64,000 nt of DNA from Octopus vulgaris. Lineage: Eukaryota. The stretch lies in the NCBI GenBank assembly GCA_951406725.2, contig OX597814.1, positions 129,208,001 to 129,272,000 on the forward strand. The letters are read 5' to 3'. The notes under the pieces were generated by a model. The model had not been told where the DNA came from. It did no database searches and saw nothing but the letters and a program-made list of their open reading frames with translations. This document shows, one piece after another, positions 11,341 through 22,830 of this stretch. The translations under genes and the position numbers were made by a program. Within the stretch, counting starts at the first letter, position 1. Every line of letters begins with the position of its first letter.

Positions 11341-13994
11341 GGTGAGCTGGTAGAATTATTAACATGTTGAACAAATGCGCAGCAGTATTTCTTCTTTTTT
11401 GTGTTTTGAGTTCAAATCCTGATGGTGTTAACTTTGCCTTTCATCCCTCTAGGGTTGATAAAATAAGTGCTAACCAAGTACTGGGAGTTGATGGTACTGA
11501 CTTTGACCCCTTCCTCCTAAGTTGCTGGTCTTTTGCCAAAATTTGAAACAATGATAAGGTTTTGAACTAGTAGAATCATTAACACAGATCAAATTCTTAG
11601 CTGCATTTCTTCCTGCTTTTAACTTTCTGGGTTCAAATACCACTGAGGTTAACTTTACCTTTCATCCATTGACAAAGTATAGTTCTAGGGTTGATGGATT
11701 CAACTAATCACTTCCTTTCAAAATTGCCATCCTTGTGCTGAAATGGAAAACAATTATTAAAGTTCAACCCTGCCAGCATGGAAAATGGATGTTAAATGAT
11801 GATGGTGATGGATGGGGAAAGTCATTAGTGCTTTGAAAAAAAAAAAATACCTCGCAATATTTGTTCTGGCACTTTGTTTTGATTTCAAATCCTGTTGAGA
11901 TAAGCATAGCCTTTCATTTTTCAGGGTTGATAAAATAAGAATGCGTTAAGTACTTTAATTGATCCAATTAATTAACCCATTAGTCATCATCATCATCATT
12001 GTCGTTTAATGTCTGCTTTCCATGCTGGCATGGGTTGGATGGCTTGAGTGAGGACTGGTGAGCCAGAAGGCTGCACCAGGCTCAATCTGATCTAGCAAAG
12101 TTTCTACAGCTGGATGCCCTTCCTAATGCTAGCCACTCCGAGAGTGTAGTGGGTGCTTTTATGTGCCACTTGCAGGTGGTTCTGGCAACGACCATGCTCA
12201 AAAGGTGTTTTTTATGTGCTACCTGCATGGGAGCCAGTCCAGCGGCACTGGCAATGACCATACTCGAATGGTGCTTTTTACGTGCCACCGGCATGGGAGG
12301 AATGGGCCCTGGCAATGACCACGCTCGTATGTGCTTTTAATGCTCCACTGGCACAAGTGCCAATCAGGTGGTACTGTCATTGGCCATGTCAAGATACCGA
12401 TAGAATAAGTCCTGGGTTCAATTTGCTCAACTAAAGGCAGTGCTACAGTGTGGCCGCAGTCAAATGACAGAAACAAGTGAAGAAGTAAAGAGTAAGTTAG
12501 AAATAGGAAGCAAATTTCTCAAACCATATCGCACAGTATCCCGAGAAAGGAAGAACATTGTACATTGTGTATCAAAATAACAATAAAAGATATGGTAATC
12601 CTTATTAGAGGCTGTTGGAGATGTATTGGGACATTGGGACCTGCCTACAGGGTACATTGGTGGTGGTGGTGGGGCTCTTGCTGGCATATCTTTTTTTTCT
12701 GTATTTCTGGGCAGAACATTTTGTTCCATACAGTCTCACATTTGTCTACAACACGTATCAAATTGACTTGGTTGATCCTCAGGTCAGTGTCTACCAACTG
12801 CATCTTGATCTGCCTTTTCATTGCTTCCAGATGCTGTTTATGACTAAAGATAGTAAGTTTTTTTAATGCTTACAAATCCTCTTGGCTACAATCCAAGAAG
12901 GGAGCCTCTACATTGTCACTTGAACCTTCAAGAAACAGCAGACAAATTTCCCTCCATTTCACACCCAGGCCATCTTCAGGAAAATTTTTCTAACAAAAAT
13001 AAGGAAGTTTATCATTTATGATCTGCAGAACCTAGTCTGACCTGGATTAAACAATAAGACTTTATCTTCATTCATGCAAAACTCAAAAACCAATATTCTG
13101 TTGCAGAGGTTGACTCCTTGAACATTCTGTACTGCCTGCATCACTTCATGTAATCATCTACCTACCCAGATCCAACTAACACATCCTTACTTAAAGCACC
13201 CAGTATAATGTTGAACCAACAAAGGAACCCATACATGATCTTTCAGTCTGCTTAAAATGACAGCTGAATCTCCCTCAAAATTGCACTTCACTGTTTTAAA
13301 AAATACAGTACACATTAGATAACATAGTTCTATATACACTCATCATCCTCATTATTTTACTTCCGCCTTTGCATACTCGCATGAGTCAGATGAATCTTCA
13401 TCGTCTGAGTTGGTGTTTCCGCACTCCTAGATGGGTCAGAGGACCACATTTGCTCATCCATTCCAATTTTAGCTTGGTGTCTATGTCTGGATGCCCTTCT
13501 TATCACCAACCACTTTATGAAGTGTACTGGTTGTGTATTGTCATGGTACCAGCACTTGTGAGGTTGCTTTGTATCCTGTAAGACTAAAGAGTCCTCACTA
13601 ATCTATGAAGTGTTTGTTAACTTAAAGCAAGTGATGAAGAAGACTAATGGGAGAGAGAGTGATGATAAAACATCAGTCTGAATGAAAGTAGTAAGAGTAT
13701 GATGGTAGAAACAATAAATGAGATTAAAGAGTGGTAGTGATTGTTGTTAAAGGGTGGCTGAGAGTGATGGATAGTGATAAAAGTGGGCAAAATAGTAAAT
13801 GTATGTGATAGGTGTTAAGAACAAGTGTTCGTACTTGGAAAACAATGATAGAATATTTCGTTTTTGTGTTTGGTTTGGAAGATTCTTTATGTGAATTCGT
13901 GTGTTGAGACATATTTTATTGTGTCTGGGAAGAGTCATTCTCTTTTAGCACCTTATTATTTAATATGCTCACCGATTTGATTTCCACTCATTTA

Positions 13995-14198
13995 CTTACT
14001 CTTTTACTTGTTTCAGTCAGTTGACTGTTGCCATGCTGGAGCACCGCCTTTAGTCGAGCAAATCAACCCCAGGACTTATTCTATCGGTCTCTTTTGCTGA
14101 ACTGCTAAGTTACGGGGATGTAAACACATCAGCATCAGCTGTCAACTCCATTAAACAGCAATGGAGACAAACAAGCACACAAACAGACACACACACAT

Positions 14199-14235
<37 letters not shown>

Positions 14236-14408
14236 CATATATACGATGGGCTTCTTTCAGTTTCCATCTACCAGATCCACTCACAAGGCTTTGGTTGGCC
14301 CGAGGCTTTAGTAGAAGACACTTGCCCATGGTGCCATGCAGTGGGACTGAACCCCGAACCATGTGGTTTGTAAGCAAGCTACTTATCACACTGCCACTCC
14401 TATGCCTA
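13995..14408 (-). mobile_element. SINE-A near full length, upstream of exon A
   Basis: Reverse complement of consensus; splits an older repeat (13850-14460). Confidence 0.9.
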
Positions 14409-14743
14409 CTTATTTATTTTTTCTAAAATTTTCGTTTCTTTTTGCAACCTGTTCAATAGAACAGACATAGCCAAAATACTTTTGATCATAGGTTTTGGGC
14501 TCAGAGCTGACCTGGGGCTAAATGACATCAATGACAATGATAACTCTAAATGCTAGTTATATACAGGTGACCTTCCATCATCTGAGCATTTTCCTCAGTC
14601 TTCAGTGAGAGATTCTGCTACAAGATAAATAATATTCACCAGAAATATTGCTGTTTAATGGAGTATGTTATATTTACATAAACTGTTGTTGTTTTTGATG
14701 ATGATAGCAAAATTTCAGTTTTTTGTTTGTTTTCTAATTACAG

Positions 14744-14815
14744 AAGAACGAAGAGGAATTGCCATAGTAGAACTGTATAAAGCAGAAGGATGTACGCTGG
14801 GATTAACCATATCGG
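14744..14815 (+). CDS. GRIP1: GRIP-family multi-PDZ protein, coding exon A (start of PDZ1)
   Basis: T-rich tract + CAG acceptor (14741-14743), GT donor at 14816, phase 1/1. Encodes xERRGIAIVELYKAEGCTLGLTIS(G), which matches vertebrate GRIP1 [25 protein letters not shown] as recalled. Confidence 0.93.
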
Positions 14816-15011
14816 GTAATTATTTATTTGCTTATGATTTTACTGAGATTTCTTGAAAATTTCGGCTTCTTGATCTTGGTATGATATACAAAAAAAAAAA
14901 AAATTAATTAAATAAAAAATAAAGATGAGACAGTCATAGTTAAAATGCTGGTCAGACAATATTTATCATCATCACCACCACTATCATCTTCATTTTTACC
15001 ACTAATATCAT

Positions 15012-15888
15012 CAGCAGTGGATCATGGACTGGCAAATCAAGCTGCCTGTGGACAAATGTACCACCATGCATTTTGGGAGGGAAAACCCAGCGTCTACTTA
15101 CTCCCTCCACTACACTAATCTCAAAAAGTCTTTGTGTGAACATGACCTGGGTGTTATTGTTGACAGTGATTTGCGTTGGACAAAACACATCGCTAAAATT
15201 GCCAAGAAGGCTGAGAGTGTCTTGGCATCACTCACCGAATCCTGTGAGCCACTCTCTGGCTATCTATCTGTGGCTTTATATAGCTATTGTATGACCTTAC
15301 CTGGAATTTGCATCACCGGTCTGGAACCCCTATCTTGCCCAGGATATTAATCGTCTGGAAGCCGTTCAGTGAGGTGCAACCAAGAGAATACTCTCCATCA
15401 GGCATTTGCCATATTCTGAACGCCTTACTTCCCTGGGCATGGATACATTGAAACTCCGACATCTGGCAGCTGACTTGGCAGACACCAATAAAATTATTAA
15501 CCATCTTACTAACAATAACTCTGAGAACCTTTTCAAACTCCATCTGTTTAACACCCGTAGACATGTTTACAAAGTCAGAAAACAGCACAGCTCCCATGAC
15601 TTTCAGAGACATTTTTTCACGCTAAGAGTTGCTGAAGCATGGAACAAACTGCCGGCATCAGTTGTTAATTGCCAGAGCACTGCATCCTTCAAAACTTCCA
15701 TGCTTCCTGAGATTCGCCAACACTACACCTGATTTTCTCCCCTCCATACACACGCAAGCATGTATCTGACTTGTATCTGACACTGTTCACTTTCCAGACA
15801 TTTGTACATTACTGCATATACTTTATATGCACTTTTGACAAATTGTGGTGCACCTGAGCACTGTATACAATAATTTCATTATTATTAT
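15012..15888 (+). mobile_element. CR1-type LINE, 5'-truncated and disrupted (RT C-terminus + 3'UTR)
   Basis: Frames give DWQIKLPVDKCTTMHFG, DLGVIVDSDLRW, PYLEFASPVWNPYL, LPYSERLTSLGMDTL and FFTLRVAEAWNKLP, with stops and frameshifts. Ends in an (ATT)n tail. Confidence 0.9.
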
Positions 15889-15939
15889 TTTATCACTGCC
15901 TCTAATTATCATCATCATCATCACCACTACTACTATTAT

Positions 15940-16362
15940 AGTGGCAAGCTGGCAGAATCATTACCATGCTGGATAAAATGCTTCACAGCATTTCTTCTAG
16001 CTTCACATTCTGAGTTCAAATTCCTCCAAAGCTGACTTTGCTTTTCATCCTTCCAGAGTCAATAAATTAAGTACCAGTTGAACATTGGGATCGATGTAAT
16101 CACCTAACCTCCTCCTCCAACATTTCAGGCCTTATGCCTATAATAGAAAGAATTATTATTATTATTATTATTATTATTATTGTTATTATTAAGGTGGTGA
16201 GCTGGCAGAATCATTCGCATGCCAGATTTACATTCTGAGTTCAAATTCCATTGAGGTTGACTTTGTCTTTCAGCCTTCTGGGGTTGATAAAATAAGTACA
16301 AGTTAAGTACTGGGTTTGATGTAATTGTTCCCCCACCTCAAAATTATTGGCCATGTGCCAAT
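15940..16362 (+). mobile_element. Two tandem SINE-B (tail type 2) copies separated by (ATT)n
   Basis: Each unit runs head, core, tail aatttcaggccttgtgccta.a.tagaaa, then (ATT)n. Confidence 0.8.
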
Positions 16363-16369
16363 ATTATTA

Positions 16370-16405
<36 letters not shown>

Positions 16406-17721
16406 TAAGGTTTTGGGGTGCGAAAACACCATAAGTATGGCTAGTAACTTCTGGGCCCATTTTGTATTTTCTCAATCTTCTAAAATCTACAAAAGTTGAT
16501 AGAATAAATGCAGTGCCTGTGTTTTTTTCCTAGTTTTCTTGGTTTGAACTAAAATCCTGTTACCAATATTTTCCTCTTTCATTCTTATTGGATGGAAAAA
16601 ATAAGTACCACTAACATACCGTGATTTATTCACTTCAGTACTCAACACTCCTTTGTGAAAGTTTGGTTTGGTGCATCATCAAAAGAAATCAATATTCTTT
16701 ATGGAATGGTTATTTTTATAATATGGTATACAATAATATATTTTCACCTTTATAAGAGAAATATTTGCCATAGTTTTTTTACTATACTTCTGGCAAATTT
16801 AATATAAATAAATATTAAATTTCCTATTAACAAACATACAGTGAGGTGCCTTTTCTAAATTATTGTTCATTATTATTATTATTATTATTATTAATATTAT
16901 TATAATAAAAGCTGGGGTGCTTGGTAATATGAGTTTTGAAAAAAATGTCTTGTAGCCATTTATTCTAGCTCTTTATGTTCTGGATTCAAATCCTGCTGAA
17001 GTCAGTTTTGCTTTTTCATTCTCTGGGGATCAGTAAAGTACCATGGATAAAATTGCCTTGCTGTATTAAGTCATGGTTCTTTACATCCTGAGTTCAAATC
17101 CTTTCATTCCTTCAGCTCAATAAAATAAAATATCAATAAAGTACTGGGGCAAATTTTATCAACTAATGGTTCTCAACTGGGGATCTCATGACCCTTGGGG
17201 GTCCATGTAAGGGTTTGCTGTTAGGACTTATGTGCAATAAATTGGTTATGCTTCTATAATGCACAAAATACTTTAACAATTTTTTAATACAATTCCCAAA
17301 AAAAGCACCCACTACACTCACGGAGTGGTTGGCGTTAGGAAGGGCATCCAGCCGTAGAAACACTGCCAGATTTGACTGGGCCTGATGAAGCCTTCTGGCT
17401 TCACAGACCCCAGTAGAACCGTCCAACCCATGCTAGCATGGAAAACGGACGCTAAACGACGACGATGATGATGATGATGATGATATATATATATATATAT
17501 ATATATATGTGTTTGTGTGTCTGTGTTTGTCCCCCTACCATCACTTGACAACCGATGTTAGTGTGTTTATGTCCCATCCCTGTTACTTAGCAGTTCAGCA
17601 AAAGAGACCGAAAGAATAAGTACTAGGCTTACAAAGAATAAGTCATGGGGTCAACTTGGTTGACTAAAAACGGTGCTCCAGCATGACCGCAGTCAAATGA
17701 CTGAAACAAATAAAAGAATAA

Positions 17722-18486
17722 ATCATTTTGCCCAGCATGCTGATGATTCTGCCAGTTCGCTGCCTTAGTAATAATAAAAATAATAATAATAATCCTTTCT
17801 ACTATAGGCACAAGGCCTGAAATTTTGTGGGGTGAGGGGCTGCCGATTAGATTGACCCCAGGGTTCAACTGGTACTTATTTCATCAACCCTGAAGAGATG
17901 AAAGGCAAAGTCGACCTAGGCGTAATTTGAACTCACAACGTAGCAACAGGCAAAATACTGCTAAGCATTTCATTCAGCATGCTACCGATTCTGCCAGCTT
18001 GCTGTCTAAATAATAATAATAATAATAATAATTCTTTCTACTGGAAGCACAAGGCTTCAAATTTGGGGAAGGGATTCAATTAATTGCATCAACCCCAGTG
18101 TTTTACTGGTACTTATATCATTAACCTTAAAAGGATGAACAACAAAACTGACCTTGGCAGAATTTGAACTCAGAACGTAGCAGCAGATGAAATACCACTA
18201 AGCTTTTTGCCCAACGTGCTAATGATTCTGTCAGCTTGCCGTCTTGATAATATTAATAATAATAATAATAATAATTTCTACTAACGGCACAAGGCCTGAA
18301 AATTTTGGGGAGGGAACTAGTTGGTTATATCAAGCCCAGTGTTTCACTGGTACTTAATTTATCAACTCTGAAAGGGTGAAAGGCAAAGTTGACCTCAGTG
18401 GAATTTGAACTCAGAACATAACGGCAGATGAAATACTTCTAAGCATTTTGTCTGGTATGCTAATGATTCTACCAACTTGCTGCTTT
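17722..18486 (-). mobile_element. Head-to-tail array of SINE-B (tail type 2) copies spaced by (TAA)n
   Basis: Units at about 17793-18007, 18032-18244 and 18275-18486, plus a head fragment at 17722-17767. Confidence 0.85.
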
Positions 18487-18539
18487 AATAATAATAATGA
18501 TAATAAGAATAAAAATGATAATAATAACATAATAAATTT

Positions 18540-18783
18540 TTCTTCTTGAGCCATGCCAGGCTCATAAGGGCCGGTTTCCCAGTTTCACTGGCGTAGAAAT
18601 TCTCCACCTGGACAGGATGCCAGTCTGTCGCAAGATTACTCATTTTTGCCAGCTGAGTGGACTGGAGCAATGTGAAATTAAGTGTTTTGCTCAAGAACAC
18701 AACGCATCGCCCAGTCCAGGAATCGAAACCACAACCTTATGATCATGAGTTCAACACCCTAACCACTAAGCCACGTGCCTCCA
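18540..18783 (-). mobile_element. SINE-D (tRNA head, gtgttcttgagcaa..cactt core), tail Z
   Basis: Minus strand tggcttagtggttagg...ggtttcgattcc. A diverged copy at 57155-57392 is nested in a MITE. Confidence 0.85.
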
Positions 18784-20106
18784 ATAATAATAATTTATTA
18801 TTATTATTATGTGGCAGCAAGCTGGCAGAGCCATTTAAGTTGGACTTAATGCTTTGCAGCATTTGTTCTGAATCTTCATATTCTGATTTGAAACCCTGCC
18901 AAGGTCAACTTTGCCTTTTTTTTTACCAGTGTTGATAAAATACTGGTCAAGCTCTTCTAGGGGTCAGTGTTATTGACAGGTTCCCCTCTTCTGTCAAGAT
19001 TACCAGCATTGTGCTGAAGTCAGAAGCTATTATTACCAGTTCAGTTCCTGCCAAGGTCAACCTTGCCTTTCTTTTCTACAAAGTCGACTGAATACTGGGG
19101 TCAACGGTATTGACTAAACCTCTCCCCTCAAAATTATTGGCCTTGTTCCCCACTGAATCAGAGACAATTACTGTTGAAGTAATGATGATGGCGTTGTATC
19201 TCTGAAAGCTGGGTCCTTGGATAAGATTGCAATAAATTTCCTGGCAGTAATATCAATTAATTCCTTCCGGCCCTTCATTTATGAGCAGTTAAACCTGAAA
19301 GGGTTAACACAGAGATAATTTTCTTTTTTCTTTCATTCTTTCTTTCTTTTTGTAAAAATCTGAAGGAGGCATTACTTGTGAGAGGTGTGAATAGCCTCAA
19401 CCAACTGACTTTTGATGGAGGGTGGGAAAGAAAGGGGTTTTTCCCCCTTTCTTTTGATGAAGCCCATTTATCATACTTGCATCAAATGGTCAATTAGTTT
19501 TAGAAATTGCCCCAAACAAATATCTCCTCAATGAGTGATTAATGCTTGTTTGGCAGTTCTTTTGATTAGCTGTTATTTTTATTTATTATTATTATTATTA
19601 TTATTTTTCTTCATTTAAAAGATATTTCGTCTTCAAATGTCAATTTAATTTTGTTTTATGATTTCTGTTCATTTTACGATAGATTTTTATGCCTTTTATT
19701 GATTCCTCTTTTCTCCTTTTTTTTTTAACTATTCATTTGTCAAAGTAAAAAAAAAATTAGTTTTTTTAAGTTTCTTTGCTGTTATAACTTCTTTTTTAGT
19801 ATTGATCAGTTATTAATAATAATAATAATGATGATGATGATGATGTCGTCAGTATTTCTGAATTAATAATAATAACAATGATAAAAATTGCTTTTATGCA
19901 CCATGAGGGTTCAAGAAGTTGGAATTTAGTACAAAGGAAAAATAAATCCAATGGAAAACCATAAAAAGACAGTGGAGAGTTCACATCAAGTAAAAGGGCA
20001 AGATCGACATTAGTAATAAAGGGACATTAATAAATGACATTAACAATATAGAATGACAAAGTAACAAGAAGAAAGAATCCCTTAAATGGTGGGTTTAATC
20101 ATTTAG

Positions 20107-20325
20107 CCCTTTTGTTACTGTATTTATTTTGAGATGCTCTGTGTTTCTTTCAATTATTTTTAAAATAACAAAGATTTAGTAAAATAACTTAGTTATCATT
20201 AATCTAGTGTTAGGAACGTAAATTGTGACTAAGGCTTGGTGGAATATTTTAATTCAAAACTTATGAAAACAAGACATTTTACCACAGAGCCAGAGCCGGT
20301 TTTGGCCGGGTTAGTAACTAAAGGG
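20107..20325 (-). mobile_element. piggyBac-like MITE P1 with TTAG flanks
   Basis: TTAG at 20103-20106 and 20326-20329. Confidence 0.88.
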
Positions 20326-20540
20326 TTAGAGTAGTTTGGAGAAAGCTACATAAAACCCCAGTTTACCGTGACACACTATGAGCAAGTACCTTCCTCCAGT
20401 TGTTGTTTCCAACTTTCAACCACATTGTTAGTCTCTCATTAAATTTACTGGAGAGAAGCATCATCTACTCTATTCTCAGCTTGCTCTGAAGAAGTTGATG
20501 GGTACATGACCTGAGAGGAAAGCCTTGCCTTCCACATCTA

Positions 20541-20949
20541 ATTTCTTTATTGCCCACAAGGAGCTAAACATAGAGGGGACAAACAAGGACAGACAAAGGG
20601 GTCAAGTCGATTACATCAATCCCAGTGCATAACTGGTACTTAATTTATCGACCCCGAAAGGATGAAAGGCAAAGTCGACCTCGGCGGAATTTGAACGTAA
20701 CGGCAGATGAAATACCTATTTCTTTACTACCCACAGGGGGCTAAACACAGAGAGAACAAACAAGGACAGAGAAACGGATTAAGTCGATTATATCGACCGC
20801 AGTGCGTAACTGGTACTTAATTTATCGACCCCGAAAGGATAAAAGGCAAAGTTGACCTCGGTGGAATTTGAACTCAGAACGTAACGGCAGACGAAATACG
20901 GCTACGCATTTCGCCCGGCGTGCTAACCTTTCTGCCAGCTCACCGCCTT
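20541..20949 (-). mobile_element. Dimeric SINE-B with 20-bp TSD
   Basis: Full monomer plus headless monomer joined at gaaata|ggtatttc. TSD aagccttgcc(t/g)tccacatct at 20520-20539 and 20977-20996. Confidence 0.9.
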
Positions 20950-21840
20950 AAGCGTTGCCTTCAAAGCCTTGCCTTCAAGCCTTGCCGTCCACATCTGTCA
21001 CACAACTTCCTTTGCTGTGGCCATCAGGAAAGGGAAGTTTGCTTTTCTTTTCCAGTATACTTGACTTAATAGCTGAATGTTCTGTGTGTGATAATAGCTG
21101 TTCAACATAAACACATAAATCAGTTATGTGCTGCACAGACACCAACAACTACAACACTAAATGAATATATACTGGATGGCTTCAACACCCTCTGTACACT
21201 TCTAACAAGTTCACTTACTGTCAGCTCCAACACCCCCGTTCCTCAAGAGTTTATTCAGAACAAGCAATGCTTTCCAAGAACACTGCAAGATGAAAGGTTT
21301 TTGAAAATCTTTCATATTTCCAGATCTAATAGTTCTCCTGAACATACCACTTAGAATTGTTTCCAGGTCATTACAAGATCTCTACACTCTGAAGGTATGA
21401 AAGTTATATATACCTCTAGATCTAAATTACTTGCAGTTTAGAGTTTAATTTATCTTCATCACACACCATGTGTAATGTGTTTAGCAGATATAGTTTAAAT
21501 TTTTTTAAAAAATTAAAAATTCAGATATGTATATGAAACTTATCCCCGTATACCAGTGATAGCAAACATTTGACATGTATATCTACAGTGAGTGATATGC
21601 CGCAGATTTTTAGGTGACAAGCAATGGACTTTAACAAATATCTTGCCATATCATGTCATAAAAAGCTTATCCATAAGCATTCATATAAAACCAAAATATA
21701 TCTATACATGTGAAAGACACTCCAACAACAAAATTATCGAAGAAATTTTAATTTTGACAAACTAGGTCAAAATGATTTGTTTGTGAAACTGCAGAGAAAG
21801 CCACCAAATGGCAGTAGATTAAGAGAGATGATCTGTGGAC

Positions 21841-22069
21841 AGCCATCTTTCGGTACAAGTACCATAACTGCCACGTGTGTTTGTTTACATTTGAAGAAGA
21901 AGATCGTCACTCTCCGTAAAGTTTTTTTTTTTATATATGGGGGGGGGAGGGTTAGGGTTTGTGTTAGGGTTAGGGGTGGGAGAAAAGGGTTTCTTTTTTC
22001 TTCAGAAATGTAAACAAACCCACGAGGGTTTATAATTGGCTGTTATGGTACTTGTACCGTAAGATCACC
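21841..22069. mobile_element. TIR element with 9-bp TSD (Mutator-like MITE) containing TTAGGG repeats
   Basis: 27/29 inverted repeat (21845-21873 vs 22037-22065), inner IR gtttgtttacattt/aaatgtaaacaaac, TSD tctgt(g/a)gac at 21832-21840 and 22070-22078. Confidence 0.7.
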
Positions 22070-22229
22070 TCTGTAGACTGTTACTGCTGAGATGCAAGTC
22101 AGGGTGCGATCTACTTCAGCTGGATTACCTGGGCAAAAGTATCTGGTGTTGAAAGACCTTAAAACCTGATGATTTCAGGACACATTGCTGATGATGTCTC
22201 AGATCATTCCCATGAGTTTTGCCCACATA

Positions 22230-22830
22230 TAGCCACAGGCATGACTGTGTGGCTAAGAAGCTCTCTTTCTAACCATGTGGTTTTGGATTCTGTCCCATTG
22301 TGTGGTACCTTACTGTACACCTAGGCCAACCAATGTTTTGTGTATAAATTTGGAAACTGTGTGGAAGCTCATCGTGTGTGTGTCTGTTTCTGTGTTTACT
22401 CCCCCTCTCTCTTTACTTGGTAACTGTTCTTGGTTTGTTTATGTTCCTATAACTTAGTGATTCATCAAAAGAATAGAATACGTACCAGACAAAGGCAGCG
22501 AGCTGGCAGAAACGTTAGCATGACAGGCAAAATGCCTAGCAGTATTTTGTCTACCATTACATTCTGAGTTCAAATTCCACCAAGGTTGACCTTGCTTTTC
22601 ATCCTTTTGGGGCCGATAAATAAATACCAGTTATGCACTGGGGTCGATGTAATCGACTTAATCTGTTTGTCTGTCCTTGTTTGTTCCCTCTGTGTGTAAC
22701 CCCTTGTTGGCAGTAAAGAAAAAAGAATACATACCAGACTTCAAAAGTAAGTACAGGGGTTTTGTTAGACTAAACCCTTCAATGCAGAACTCCAGCATGT
22801 CTGCAATCCAATGACTGAAACATGTAAACA
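22230..22830 (+). mobile_element. Old SINE-A interrupted by a SINE-B (22491-22720)
   Basis: 16-bp TSD agaatac(g/a)taccagac at 22475-22490 and 22724-22739. Confidence 0.8.

Noticed and set aside
17164-17295. hAT-like terminus taatggttctcaactgggg
   Set aside because: Only one degenerate end is visible, with no partner TIR or TSD.
21324-21394. Possible extra or poison exon (cag acceptors ending at 21323 or 21366, AAG|gtatga donor)
   Set aside because: Exons A and B already join without a gap in homology. Either version would break the frame, and splice-like motifs alone are weak evidence.
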